Shown: positions 48,969-57,423 of the stretch, piece by piece
How the letters are laid out: each line of letters starts with the position of its first letter
How positions within the stretch are numbered: the stretch's first letter is position 1
Virus record (IMG/VR): IMGVR_UViG_3300045988_144754
Source: a virus
Length of the DNA stretch: 64,000 bases
Direction: 5' to 3' (one strand)
Position numbers and translations under genes: made by a program
Notes under the pieces: generated by a model
The model's database searches: none
Seen by the model: the letters and a program-made list of their open reading frames with translations, nothing else
Told to the model about the DNA's origin: nothing

Positions 48969-49619
48969 TCACTCATCGGCAGGAAAACTGACCTTTGCCT
49001 CTGCCATTCTGATCTTGCAGATCACACCAAGGCCTTCAATGACACCCAGGAATGAGCTACATTCATGACAGAGCTTAAAACCTACAACAGGACGGTCTTG
49101 TTCATAACCGCAGGACGATTCTTTTTTCATGTAGAGTTTTTTGTCCTCCACTAAGTAGTGAAATTCTTTTACAATCCTCTTCAGCTTCACATTTTCCAAT
49201 TCCAGTTCATTGCAATGGTCGCGCATCTGCTGCATCTCTTCCTGCGTCTGCTTCGACGGCGCTTCCACTTGTGGCGCATCCTTACTGCTCAACTGGTGAA
49301 CTACGTCATTGTAGTCGGCCGTGAGTTGATGCACGCGCTGCTCAAGTTCTCCGTTCTTTCTTTCCAGTTCGTCGCAATGATCACGCATCTTCAGCATCTC
49401 GCCAAGCGTCTGCTTTGACGAGTCTTCATCCTTGCGCTTCTCCAGTCCGTGCTGTTGGCGCACGGCTTCGTTGTAGTCATCCGTGAGCTGATGCACGCGC
49501 TGCGTCATCTCAATGTTCTCTGCCTTCAGGTCGGCTACGATATAGGAAAGAGCCAACATGCGTTTGTTTTCTTCTGTTGTCATTGTTTCTTGGGTTTTAT
49601 GTTTGTTACTCATATTCAT
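48969..49619 (-). CDS. coiled-coil protein with an internal ~50-aa repeat and a Cys-containing C-terminus
   Basis: ELERKNGELEQRVHQLTADYNDVVHQL is repeated at the protein and nucleotide level. Confidence 0.4.
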   Translation of the reverse strand: MNMSNKHKTQETMTTEENKRMLALSYIVADLKAENIEMTQRVHQLTDDYNEAVRQQHGLEKRKDEDSSKQTLGEMLKMRDHCDELERKNGELEQRVHQLTADYNDVVHQLSSKDAPQVEAPSKQTQEEMQQMRDHCNELELENVKLKRIVKEFHYLVEDKKLYMKKESSCGYEQDRPVVGFKLCHECSSFLGVIEGLGVICKIRMAEAKVSFPADE

Positions 49620-49779
49620 ATACTATATGCGGTGTGGTATTGCCCAGTCCGTCGCGAGGATCAGTAACACCCCCCGACCATTGAGGTTACGGCATGGGCT
49701 ATCAGCTTGCGCGGTCGGCTCTTTACGAGGCCCTTGCCGTCCTTGCCGCTGCGTACCCATCCGATGTAATACTTGTCAG
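49607..49779. repeat. direct repeat R1 (~175 bp, about 88% identical to 51678..51843)
   Basis: Shared sequence actatatgcggtgtggtattgcccagtccgtcgcgagg...ccgatgtaatacttgtca. Carries a small ORF. Confidence 0.7.
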
Positions 49780-49783
49780 TCAT
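49661..49783 (-). CDS. small repeat-borne ORF (MTDKYYIGWVRSGKDGKGLVK...)
   Basis: 39-aa ORF inside repeat R1. Its paralog at 51668..51846 differs mostly at synonymous or conservative positions. Confidence 0.35.
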   Translation of the reverse strand: MTDKYYIGWVRSGKDGKGLVKSRPRKLIAHAVTSMVGGCY

Positions 49784-50588
49784 CGGTCTGTGGTAAGGTC
49801 AGATATATTCGTTCGTTAGCCTTGCACGACTCCCCTTGCATTCTACCTGCCTCTAACCCTGCTTTCTTTAGAGCTTCGTCACGCTCATGCTCCAGTTTTA
49901 TGCAATATTCAGTTAGGCGATTGTATTCTTTCTGCAAGGCGTTGAAATCCTCGCGCAGTTGCTCGGGAGTGTGAATCTCTGAATCTAATGGCACAAGACG
50001 CTGCTTTCTCTTGTCCCATATTTTCCCGATTCTCTCCACGGCATTGTTGAGAAGTTTTTCTTCCGTAGGCGTGGCGTATCTCAGTTCGATGCTTACTTCT
50101 TCTGCGCATGTACCGAGAAGATCAAGATGGACGTTAGGAGTAAGTTCGTCGCTGTTTTTGCACAAGCAGGCGTATGTTCTTATCTTGGGATAAGAATCTA
50201 TAAATTCCACTTCGTTGAAAATCACAACGAAGGTCAGAATGTTGCCATCTTTATTCTTAATATCCATTGCCACGATGTCACCGGGCTGGAAGTTGAGCAC
50301 ATTCCAACTTCGGTAAAGATGCGATAGAAACAGCATACACTCTCCTCTTTCAAAGTTCGCTAAACGCCCATTGCAACGAAAAAGAATGTCGTATGCTTCA
50401 TCCTCGTCTGGATTAGGTCGGCCCATCTCAATGCCCGAAGCATTTGTTTTTTTCACATTCAGATAGCCGAACAAAGGTGAGTAAAGCGTGTCACCTTCAG
50501 TCAAACCGTAGAGGAAGGCTGCCATTTTTTCGATCTCGAAAAATTTAGCTTTTATCTCAGAGAAGCTTCTTGTTGCTCTTTGTTTCAT
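49776..50588 (-). CDS. hypothetical protein
   Basis: 270-aa ORF. Confidence 0.4.
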   Translation of the reverse strand: MKQRATRSFSEIKAKFFEIEKMAAFLYGLTEGDTLYSPLFGYLNVKKTNASGIEMGRPNPDEDEAYDILFRCNGRLANFERGECMLFLSHLYRSWNVLNFQPGDIVAMDIKNKDGNILTFVVIFNEVEFIDSYPKIRTYACLCKNSDELTPNVHLDLLGTCAEEVSIELRYATPTEEKLLNNAVERIGKIWDKRKQRLVPLDSEIHTPEQLREDFNALQKEYNRLTEYCIKLEHERDEALKKAGLEAGRMQGESCKANERIYLTLPQTDD

Positions 50589-50641
50589 TATGTTTCTATT
50601 TTAAATTATTACTCATATTCTATCTTGTGATGTTATTCATA

Positions 50642-50932
50642 TTACCCTTTTTCTACTAATTCCCATGTCTTTTCATCGTGAGAGGAATAGACGGTATAGG
50701 TAAGTTCACAACAGTTCTTGGCTGTCCTCACTTCATGCAACATTTCTCTCGTATAGAAGCAACGCTCCATAAGGTACGCCAATGCCTTAAACTGGTCTTG
50801 AGTAAGAAAGACCTCCTGGTCGCCACAAGTGATGCCTACGTTGTCAGTAATGGTAGAATAGAAGATCTTTACGTCCTCTTCCTTTCCTGTGTCCTCGTTC
50901 TTTACGATTATCTTTTCTGTATTAAAACTCAT
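50642..50932 (-). CDS. hypothetical protein
   Basis: 96-aa ORF. Confidence 0.35.
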   Translation of the reverse strand: MSFNTEKIIVKNEDTGKEEDVKIFYSTITDNVGITCGDQEVFLTQDQFKALAYLMERCFYTREMLHEVRTAKNCCELTYTVYSSHDEKTWELVEKG

Positions 50933-50948
50933 TAATTATTTCTCCTTT

Positions 50949-51062
50949 TATTTATAATTCAACAAACACGCAAATTCCACCACTTGCAGCGATCAGTGCG
51001 TTTACAAGCTTACTCCCATCCTCGCCATTCGAGCCGATGGCTAACGGGATGCACGGAAATGT
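50949..51062. repeat. repeat A+B (contiguous copy). A is the 3' end of a paralog of the 55063..55386 ORF, and B is its upstream region.
   Basis: A matches 55059..55122 and B matches 55447..55497. In this copy the ORF body between A and B is missing. Confidence 0.6.
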
Positions 51063-51076
51063 AGATGTGGGTCATG

Positions 51077-51538
51077 TTACTCTTGAAGATACTCGCCGTA
51101 TAGTTTCCACTCCTTATCATGGATGTTGCCGACAACCTCAAAGCTCTTCATCTTCTCTTGCAAGAGATCATCTGGGATGCCGTCTTCAAGACCACCTACG
51201 TCAGAGTAGGGATTTTTTACCGTAACGATACCAAAGCAAGCTTTCTTCTCACAATAATACACTACGGCATAGTAGTCGTCGCAAGTATTGTATTCGATTC
51301 TGCTATACGGATATTCGTTCGATCGCAATACGTCGCCTTCATAAATCTCCTTGCCGTTCTTGTCGGTGAAGCCAGTGAACTGGCATACAGTAGAGGGGTC
51401 AACAGCAAACGTAAAAACAGGCCGTCCATCACTGACTGGATTATTTTTTACGAGAGTTTGGTCACCCACATGGGACAAATCGCCGTAATTCCACTTCCCG
51501 TCCTCTATACTCTTACCCTTAAACTTAATTGTTCTCAT
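51077..51538 (-). CDS. YopX-family protein
   Basis: Start trimmed to MRTIKFKGK. CQFTGFTDKNGKEIYEGDVLRS is the YopX signature. Paralog of 56949..57389. Confidence 0.6.
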   Translation of the reverse strand: MRTIKFKGKSIEDGKWNYGDLSHVGDQTLVKNNPVSDGRPVFTFAVDPSTVCQFTGFTDKNGKEIYEGDVLRSNEYPYSRIEYNTCDDYYAVVYYCEKKACFGIVTVKNPYSDVGGLEDGIPDDLLQEKMKSFEVVGNIHDKEWKLYGEYLQE

Positions 51539-51667
51539 TCTATAAATCCTTTTATATTTAATTAGAAACCAAAGATACAACCTCCGACATATTTCTGAGC
51601 CATATAAACGGTCACAGGGATGCAACCATCATAGGCTTCTTTCGGGATAATTCTCAATTTCATGTCT

Positions 51668-51846
51668 TATTCAAATTTATATACTATATGCGGTGTGGTA
51701 TTGCCCAGTCCGTCGCGAGGGTCGGCAATACCTCTCCCGACCATTGTCGTCACAGCATTGGCTATCAGCTTGCGCGGTCGGTACTTTACGAGGCCCTTGC
51801 CGTCCTTGCCGGAACGTACCCATCCGATGTAATACTTGTCAATCAT
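51668..51846 (-). CDS. small repeat-borne ORF (MIDKYYIGWVRSGKDGKGLVKYRPRK...)
   Basis: 58-aa paralog of 49661..49783 inside repeat R1-prime. Confidence 0.35.
51678..51843. repeat. direct repeat R1-prime
   Basis: See 49607..49779. Confidence 0.7.
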
Positions 51847-52040
51847 ATTCTATCAATACAATGGTGTGCTGTCCGTGCTCGTCGTAGAGTCCTGCCCATC
51901 CGTCGTAGCGTGCGGACAGTGCGGTGGAGTACCCCCGGACGTGGGCAGAGATAGGATGTGCGTTGCACGAAAGGGATTTGTTTAATCATACGTTATCAAT
52001 ACCATGTTGTCTTTGCCAACCGAGGTGAGAGTGTTGGTTG

Positions 52041-52051
52041 TCCCCCCCCCC
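52041..52051. repeat. poly-C homopolymer tract (11 nt)
   Basis: tgtcccccccccccgttt, seen directly. Confidence 0.9.
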
Positions 52052-52137
52052 GTTTATCTCCATTCGCTGACAGAAGCGTCCGTTGGAGGGATGCTTGCGG
52101 TCGGACGGATTGTCGGGGTCACGGCCTCGGAAGGCTG

Positions 52138-52635
52138 CTATGCGAAAGTGTAGCATAGGAGGTTGTCTTTTGTTACTGTTGTTATCGAATTGCTCCACGC
52201 CCACGGACTTGGGCGGTGATACTTGTCGCTGTATTTGCACCCTCCCCGGTCGCCATGTTCACGACGGAAGGCTTTGGCTTCCTCGGTGCGGTAGTGGACG
52301 AGGACGGAACGATTAATCATACTCTATCAATATTTTCGGTTTATCCACGTCGTGACCTTTACCTCCCCCGGCTATGCACAAGGCTATGCCGCGCGGCGAC
52401 ACGATGATGCCGTTCTGCGAGGGGCTGTAGGAGCCGAGGATGATGGGGCGAGGGTTGTTATTCATATATTACAATTACGCCAGTGGCTTTGAAATTTGCT
52501 CCTTGGGTTGAAACGTCAAGAACATCGTATGCACCCTTCTTGAAATAATTGGCTTTGATAGTGCGTGATGTGCCATCGGATTCGGTGTTGAAAGGGAATG
52601 TCATAATTCTACTGCTACAAAGAACACGTCGCTGC
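52138..52635 (-). pseudogene. frameshifted fragments of a C5-cytosine methyltransferase C-terminal half (TRD, motifs IX and X)
   Basis: Three overlapping short ORFs in three frames. They carry SRTIKANYFKKGAYDVL (compare RTLTARYHKDGSEILI), SPRGIALCIAGGGKG (compare M.HhaI GISITLSAYGGG), and a degenerate TEEAKAFR...WSNSITTV (motifs IX and X). Confidence 0.45.
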
Positions 52636-52779
52636 AATCGGTGCGCGACATGATAGTTATTGCTATACCGTGAAATGCTCCGTTGAAGCGTTCTGCGCTG
52701 AACATCGAGGCAGGGCAGGTGAGCAAACTACCCCCCAATCATATCAGCTATGATACGGATTACACGGTCGGGTGGATTA

Positions 52780-54096
52780 TCAGTTCTCATTCTTCCTCTC
52801 CATATTCTCCTTGAACATTTCTCCGAAACCATCCCAATAATGAGCGTCCATCCATTCGGGCGAGGATAAAAACTGCTCATACATCATTGTCGCAGGTATC
52901 GTCCGTAGGTATTTCTCGCAAGCCTTAACGTCTTTGTCCCACAAATCCATCCGCTCCATTTCTATCTGAAAATACGTCTTGAGGAACATTGCCGCCTCAT
53001 GTGTCGGTGGCAGGTCGAATTGAAGGAATAAGGCATTGTCGGAGTCGTTTGCCTTGAGGAACTTGCTCACGGCATCGTCCTTGAGGAAATAGCGGTCAGA
53101 CACTTCCTCTTCGAGCACGTCTTCCAATCGGGTAAGCAGCTCGAAAGGTTCTGGGAACTGATAGTCGAATGCCACGTCTCGGCGCATGGAGAGGCAGAAA
53201 ACACGGTCGCGGTTTTGTGGCACACCGTAGTTCTTGGCGTTGAGTCGCGTCCAACGGCTCACATAGCCGAGCGACGAGAGTTTGTCGAGCCACTTCTGAA
53301 AGTCTGGCAAGAACTTCTGGCTTACCAGTGCCGCCACGTTCTCCTGCAAGAGATACTTCGGGCGAAGCACCTCCACAGCATCCGCCACACGCCAAAGCAG
53401 TGCGCTTCGGGTGTCGCTGCCCTCCTGCAAGCCCATTTGCTTGCCCGCCTGACTGATGTCCTGGCAAGGCGAGGAATAGGTGAAGAGGTCTACTTCGCGG
53501 CCTTCGAGCGAGCTTTCCACCTCGTGCCAGTCAATCTTGGTGATGTCGCCCAGGGCGCAGTCGGCAAACTGAGGGAAGACGAGGTTGTGCATCTGACAGG
53601 CGTATTTGTCGATGTCGCTCCATCCTATACATGTCCATCGGAAGTCGGGATGCCACTCGCGGAGCACATCGGCTGCCATAAGCTGCGAGTCGTAGCCGGA
53701 GAACGTGGTAAGGAATATCTTCTCCTCGTTCTTGTTGGCTGCGGTGGGCGGCAGGGCGGGTAATGTGTCTTCGAGGTCGTCGAAGAGCGAGAGTTGCTTT
53801 TGCTTACGAGGTTTGGGCGTAGGATAGAAAAGTTGCTCGTAGATGTGGGCCAACACGTCCACCACGATGCTGTTTCCGGCTTGCTTGTACTGCTGTGAGG
53901 CAGATATAGCCATGTCTTCGGGCTTGCCCTTGCCTTTCCAGTCGGGCAGACGTTCGGCTGCTTGAGCATTGCTGCTCTGCATCGTGCCGATTACATTGTC
54001 ACGAACGCCCATCAGACGAAAACACTCCTTGGGTGTGAGCTTGCGGATGGCATAGCTCTTGATGGTGCGGTCGGTGAAATTGAGTTTTGTAATCAT
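52780..54096 (-). CDS. DNA (cytosine-5)-methyltransferase with permuted motif order
   Basis: N-terminus carries motif IX (IRKLTPKECFRLMG) and motif X (QYKQAGNSIVVDVL). Then come motifs I (FSGYDS), IV (SSPCQDIS), VI (LQENVAAL) and VIII (QNRDRVFCL). Confidence 0.65.
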   Translation of the reverse strand: MITKLNFTDRTIKSYAIRKLTPKECFRLMGVRDNVIGTMQSSNAQAAERLPDWKGKGKPEDMAISASQQYKQAGNSIVVDVLAHIYEQLFYPTPKPRKQKQLSLFDDLEDTLPALPPTAANKNEEKIFLTTFSGYDSQLMAADVLREWHPDFRWTCIGWSDIDKYACQMHNLVFPQFADCALGDITKIDWHEVESSLEGREVDLFTYSSPCQDISQAGKQMGLQEGSDTRSALLWRVADAVEVLRPKYLLQENVAALVSQKFLPDFQKWLDKLSSLGYVSRWTRLNAKNYGVPQNRDRVFCLSMRRDVAFDYQFPEPFELLTRLEDVLEEEVSDRYFLKDDAVSKFLKANDSDNALFLQFDLPPTHEAAMFLKTYFQIEMERMDLWDKDVKACEKYLRTIPATMMYEQFLSSPEWMDAHYWDGFGEMFKENMERKNEN

Positions 54097-54267
54097 ATTG
54101 TTGCTGTTATTATTCGTATTCTATTAAAATTCCTGGAGCATGATTATCTGCCTTGACGCATCTATTTATTCCTTCTAACGGAGGTCTTTTATAGTCAGGC
54201 GAAACATTCCAATAAATGCTCGATATTGCATGAGCGTGATAGTCTATTGTGATGTTATTCATATTCT

Positions 54268-54642
54268 TCAATCAAAAGAACGCTTCAGATTGCAAGTCGC
54301 CAATATAACAATAACGCTGCACTTCGTATTCGCTGATAAACATTCGCCAATTCTGTTCGTCATGATCGAAATGTTCATGTACGAAGCATGTACACCGAGT
54401 CGCCAACAGAGAAGCGATCCTATGCAATGCGGTTGTTCTCTGGCTGGATGCCATAACTGAACGATATTACGATATTCGGCTCTTTTATCCGTTTCTACAT
54501 CGTCAGACAAGGAATCCTTAAAACTCACGCCTTTTTTGTCGGAATCGACAAAAACGCAATTATCCGTAGTCTGACTTTCCAACAAGTCGGTAGCATCCCT
54601 TGACATGAGTATCACGTCGGGCAGTCTGTATTCTCTTTTCAT
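54268..54642 (-). pseudogene. frameshifted paralog of 55509..55880
   Basis: The N-terminal 90 aa align with the 55509..55880 protein. The conserved C-terminus (DEQNWRMFISEYEVQRYCYIGDL) is in another frame, at ORF 54272..54454. Confidence 0.4.
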
Positions 54643-54671
54643 AAATCTTATTAGTTAAATGTTCTATAAGC

Positions 54672-55043
54672 CTATTCAGCTACTCTTTTTACTGTATTCA
54701 AATTATACAAGGACAAATCTAAAACGTGTTTGAACTCATACGATACGACATTTTCATAATGCGTTCCTTCACCATCGGTCATTATTACGTTGATATAATC
54801 TTTATTTACAGACGAAACAACCTGCTTGACATCCGAGGCTCTGTGCAAATCGCATCCACCACCTTTGGTAAACACACACAAGAAATACCCATCACAATTC
54901 TGATAGTCTATTTCTCTATCATTTTTTATCTCTGTCTTTAGCTTTCGCTCTGTCCACCAAATGTAAGCCATAAACAAAATTGTTACGACAAACGTAAACA
55001 ACATTGATGCGAGCCAGAGCCGCCAATCATTCGTTATAATCAT
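54672..55043 (-). CDS. small membrane protein
   Basis: 123 aa with an N-terminal TM helix. Confidence 0.35.
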   Translation of the reverse strand: MIITNDWRLWLASMLFTFVVTILFMAYIWWTERKLKTEIKNDREIDYQNCDGYFLCVFTKGGGCDLHRASDVKQVVSSVNKDYINVIMTDGEGTHYENVVSYEFKHVLDLSLYNLNTVKRVAE

Positions 55044-55062
55044 AATTTATTTCTCATTTTAT

Positions 55063-55386
55063 TTATAATTCAACAAACACGCAGATTCCGCCACTTGCAG
55101 CGGTCAGTGCGTTTACGAGTTTACCCCCACCGACTGTGCGGCTGCGCCTTAGAGCTGAAGACGGATAACTGAGGTCGGCTGCTCCTGGGCATGGGCAGTC
55201 GGTGTAGCCAAGTTCGGTGGCTTGACGTATGCGAAGAAACGTTGCGCCGTCTCGGTCCACCAACTGAAGGAACGGTCGGTCGGTGGTGGAGTAGATTCGG
55301 TAGAGCGATCCGTCGGGATAGCGGCCATACAGCTTGCCGTCCTTGCGGATAGTACCGCGCTTGTAGTGAGGATCAATCATATTCAA
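55063..55386 (-). CDS. small hypothetical protein (MIDPHYKRGTIRKDGK...)
   Basis: 107 aa. Its C-terminal coding sequence is repeated as a start-less relic at 50949..51012. Confidence 0.4.
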   Translation of the reverse strand: MNMIDPHYKRGTIRKDGKLYGRYPDGSLYRIYSTTDRPFLQLVDRDGATFLRIRQATELGYTDCPCPGAADLSYPSSALRRSRTVGGGKLVNALTAASGGICVFVEL

Positions 55387-55508
55387 TCATTATACAGTGT
55401 GGGCATTTGTGGTCGGTGGCTCGAAGAGCGGGCGAGAAGTTTTCCCCCCATCCTCGCCATTCAAGCCGATGGCTAATGGGATGCACCGAAATCTTAATGT
55501 CAGTCATA

Positions 55509-55880
55509 TCAAACGAACCATTCGGGTTCCAAATTAGAAATATAGCAATAACGCTTTATGTTGTTAGTGCTGATGAATAAATGCCAATTTTCATCGTCAT
55601 GGCTGTAATGGTTGTGTACGAAAAATTTTCCGTCTTGACACCAACAGAGAAGTTGACCTATGCAATGAGGCTTTTCTGTGGCAGGGGACCACAACGAAAC
55701 GATGTTGCGATACTCGGCTGTAATGTCCATCGTTACACCTTCCGAAGGTTCGTCCTTGAAACTTACACTTTGTCCGTCAGATTCAACGCAGATGCAAGCA
55801 TCCTGGGTTGAGTTTGACATAAAAGTGGATGCTTTATCCGACATTAACAGCACGTCGGGCAGTCGTTTTTCTCTTTTCAT
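55509..55880 (-). CDS. hypothetical protein (intact paralog of 54268..54642)
   Basis: 123 aa. Confidence 0.45.
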   Translation of the reverse strand: MKREKRLPDVLLMSDKASTFMSNSTQDACICVESDGQSVSFKDEPSEGVTMDITAEYRNIVSLWSPATEKPHCIGQLLCWCQDGKFFVHNHYSHDDENWHLFISTNNIKRYCYISNLEPEWFV

Positions 55881-55928
55881 AATTATTTGAGTTTTATAAT
55901 GTTAATCATTCGTCCGCTTCCACCACTT

Positions 55929-56480
55929 TCAACCCATGTCTTGCTGCTTCCGTTTCTGTCCTTCCTTGCAAACTATCTTGCCTCTGCCCTTCAGTCGGAG
56001 ACAGAAATATTCACAATTCCAACATGCGCAGCTATCCACTCTTACTGTTTCGGGATTATCTTTGCAGAACGGGTCCCCCATCTCCACCATATCGTGAGGA
56101 CATTCGGTGTTCTTGACGAAAGTGAATCCTTTTTCCTCAAGCAAGTCGATAAGTTTGCTGCACTCTTGCTTTAAGTTCACGTTCTCGCTTCGCATTTTGA
56201 CAAGCGCTTTTCTGAGGTTGTCGGTCTCACGCCCTTGCGCCATGTTAGCGTTGCAGACGTTGGAGTAAGCTTTATGCAATTTCTCGAAATTAGCCGTCTT
56301 CATGTCCAGTTCCACTAACACATCCTTATGCTTTTCTTCCAGATTGTGGAGTTTTTTTACTACCCTGTTATTGTCTCTGGCAAGACGATGAATTTTGAGT
56401 TCCATCGCCACATTTTCGACTTCCAATTCTCCCAAACGTCTTGCATAGGCAACACGATTTCTAAATTTCTGATGTTTCAT
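55929..56480 (-). CDS. coiled-coil protein with Cys-rich C-terminus
   Basis: 183 aa. C-terminus CPHD...CKDN...CACWNCEYFC. Confidence 0.4.
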   Translation of the reverse strand: MKHQKFRNRVAYARRLGELEVENVAMELKIHRLARDNNRVVKKLHNLEEKHKDVLVELDMKTANFEKLHKAYSNVCNANMAQGRETDNLRKALVKMRSENVNLKQECSKLIDLLEEKGFTFVKNTECPHDMVEMGDPFCKDNPETVRVDSCACWNCEYFCLRLKGRGKIVCKEGQKRKQQDMG

Positions 56481-56485
56481 TGTCT

Positions 56486-56914
56486 CTATTGTTTTATCCC
56501 ACGTAAAACTTTTCTTTTTCCTGCAAGGCCCTCCTCAAGTTGTCTGTTAAAATTTATCCAGTCCTGCAACTGCTCATCATATTCAATATCACCAAGTGTA
56601 TATATCAAACCGTAGGTATCGCATACTGGATGAGATAACGGTAAGGGTGCTTTTGGCTCACTATAACATATAATGGTAGTTCCATCGTTGTATTGTGCAG
56701 TTTTTTGCTCTCCGTATTTCAGCAAGAAGATCAAGCCCTTCTGCATCTCGTATTTCAGTTCAGACATAGAGAACCTTCGTCCTAAATATCCGTTCACAAC
56801 ATAACCTCCTGCATAATACTGGTAGGAAGCTCCATCGAGTTGATGGCGATAGAGGGTAAGTTTAGCTCGTGATAAGAGAGATTTAAGTACTCTGCGAGTT
56901 GCGAATTTTCCCAT
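56486..56914 (-). CDS. hypothetical protein
   Basis: 142-aa ORF. Confidence 0.4.
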   Translation of the reverse strand: MGKFATRRVLKSLLSRAKLTLYRHQLDGASYQYYAGGYVVNGYLGRRFSMSELKYEMQKGLIFLLKYGEQKTAQYNDGTTIICYSEPKAPLPLSHPVCDTYGLIYTLGDIEYDEQLQDWINFNRQLEEGLAGKRKVLRGIKQ

Positions 56915-56948
56915 AACTTTATCATTTATTTTTAAGGTTCAACTTCTC

Positions 56949-57389
56949 CTACCATTCTGGGTCGTGGATGCAGCCGACCAACTCACAGTCCTCAAGTTTC
57001 TGTTGCGTGATTTCGTCAGAGATGCCGTCAGAAATGCCACGCACAGCGGATTTCGGGTTTTTGACACAGGTGAGCAGAAACATCGCCTCTTCATCACTCC
57101 ACTCTATAATGCCGAAGTAATTATCACGCGCATCATCCTCCATGCAACTGAAGGGGTATTCGTCCGAGCGAAGAATATCGCCCTCATAAATCTCCCTACC
57201 GCTCTTGTCGAGGAAGCCGGTGAACTGGCAGACGGTATCAGGGGCAACTTTGTAGGGGATGTTTCTATTCAACATACATTCCTTTTGTCTATCCTCGATA
57301 ATGTAGGTGTTACCATTCTCCTTGTAGAAGAATCCACAAATCCATTCTTGATTATCAAGGCGTTTAGCCTTAAACTTAATTGTTCTCAC
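56949..57389 (-). CDS. YopX-family protein
   Basis: MRTIKFKAKRLDNQEW...CQFTGFLDKSGREIYEGDILRS. Confidence 0.6.
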   Translation of the reverse strand: MRTIKFKAKRLDNQEWICGFFYKENGNTYIIEDRQKECMLNRNIPYKVAPDTVCQFTGFLDKSGREIYEGDILRSDEYPFSCMEDDARDNYFGIIEWSDEEAMFLLTCVKNPKSAVRGISDGISDEITQQKLEDCELVGCIHDPEW

Positions 57390-57423
57390 TATTCCCTATA
57401 TTTTCGTTAATACTCATATCGTT

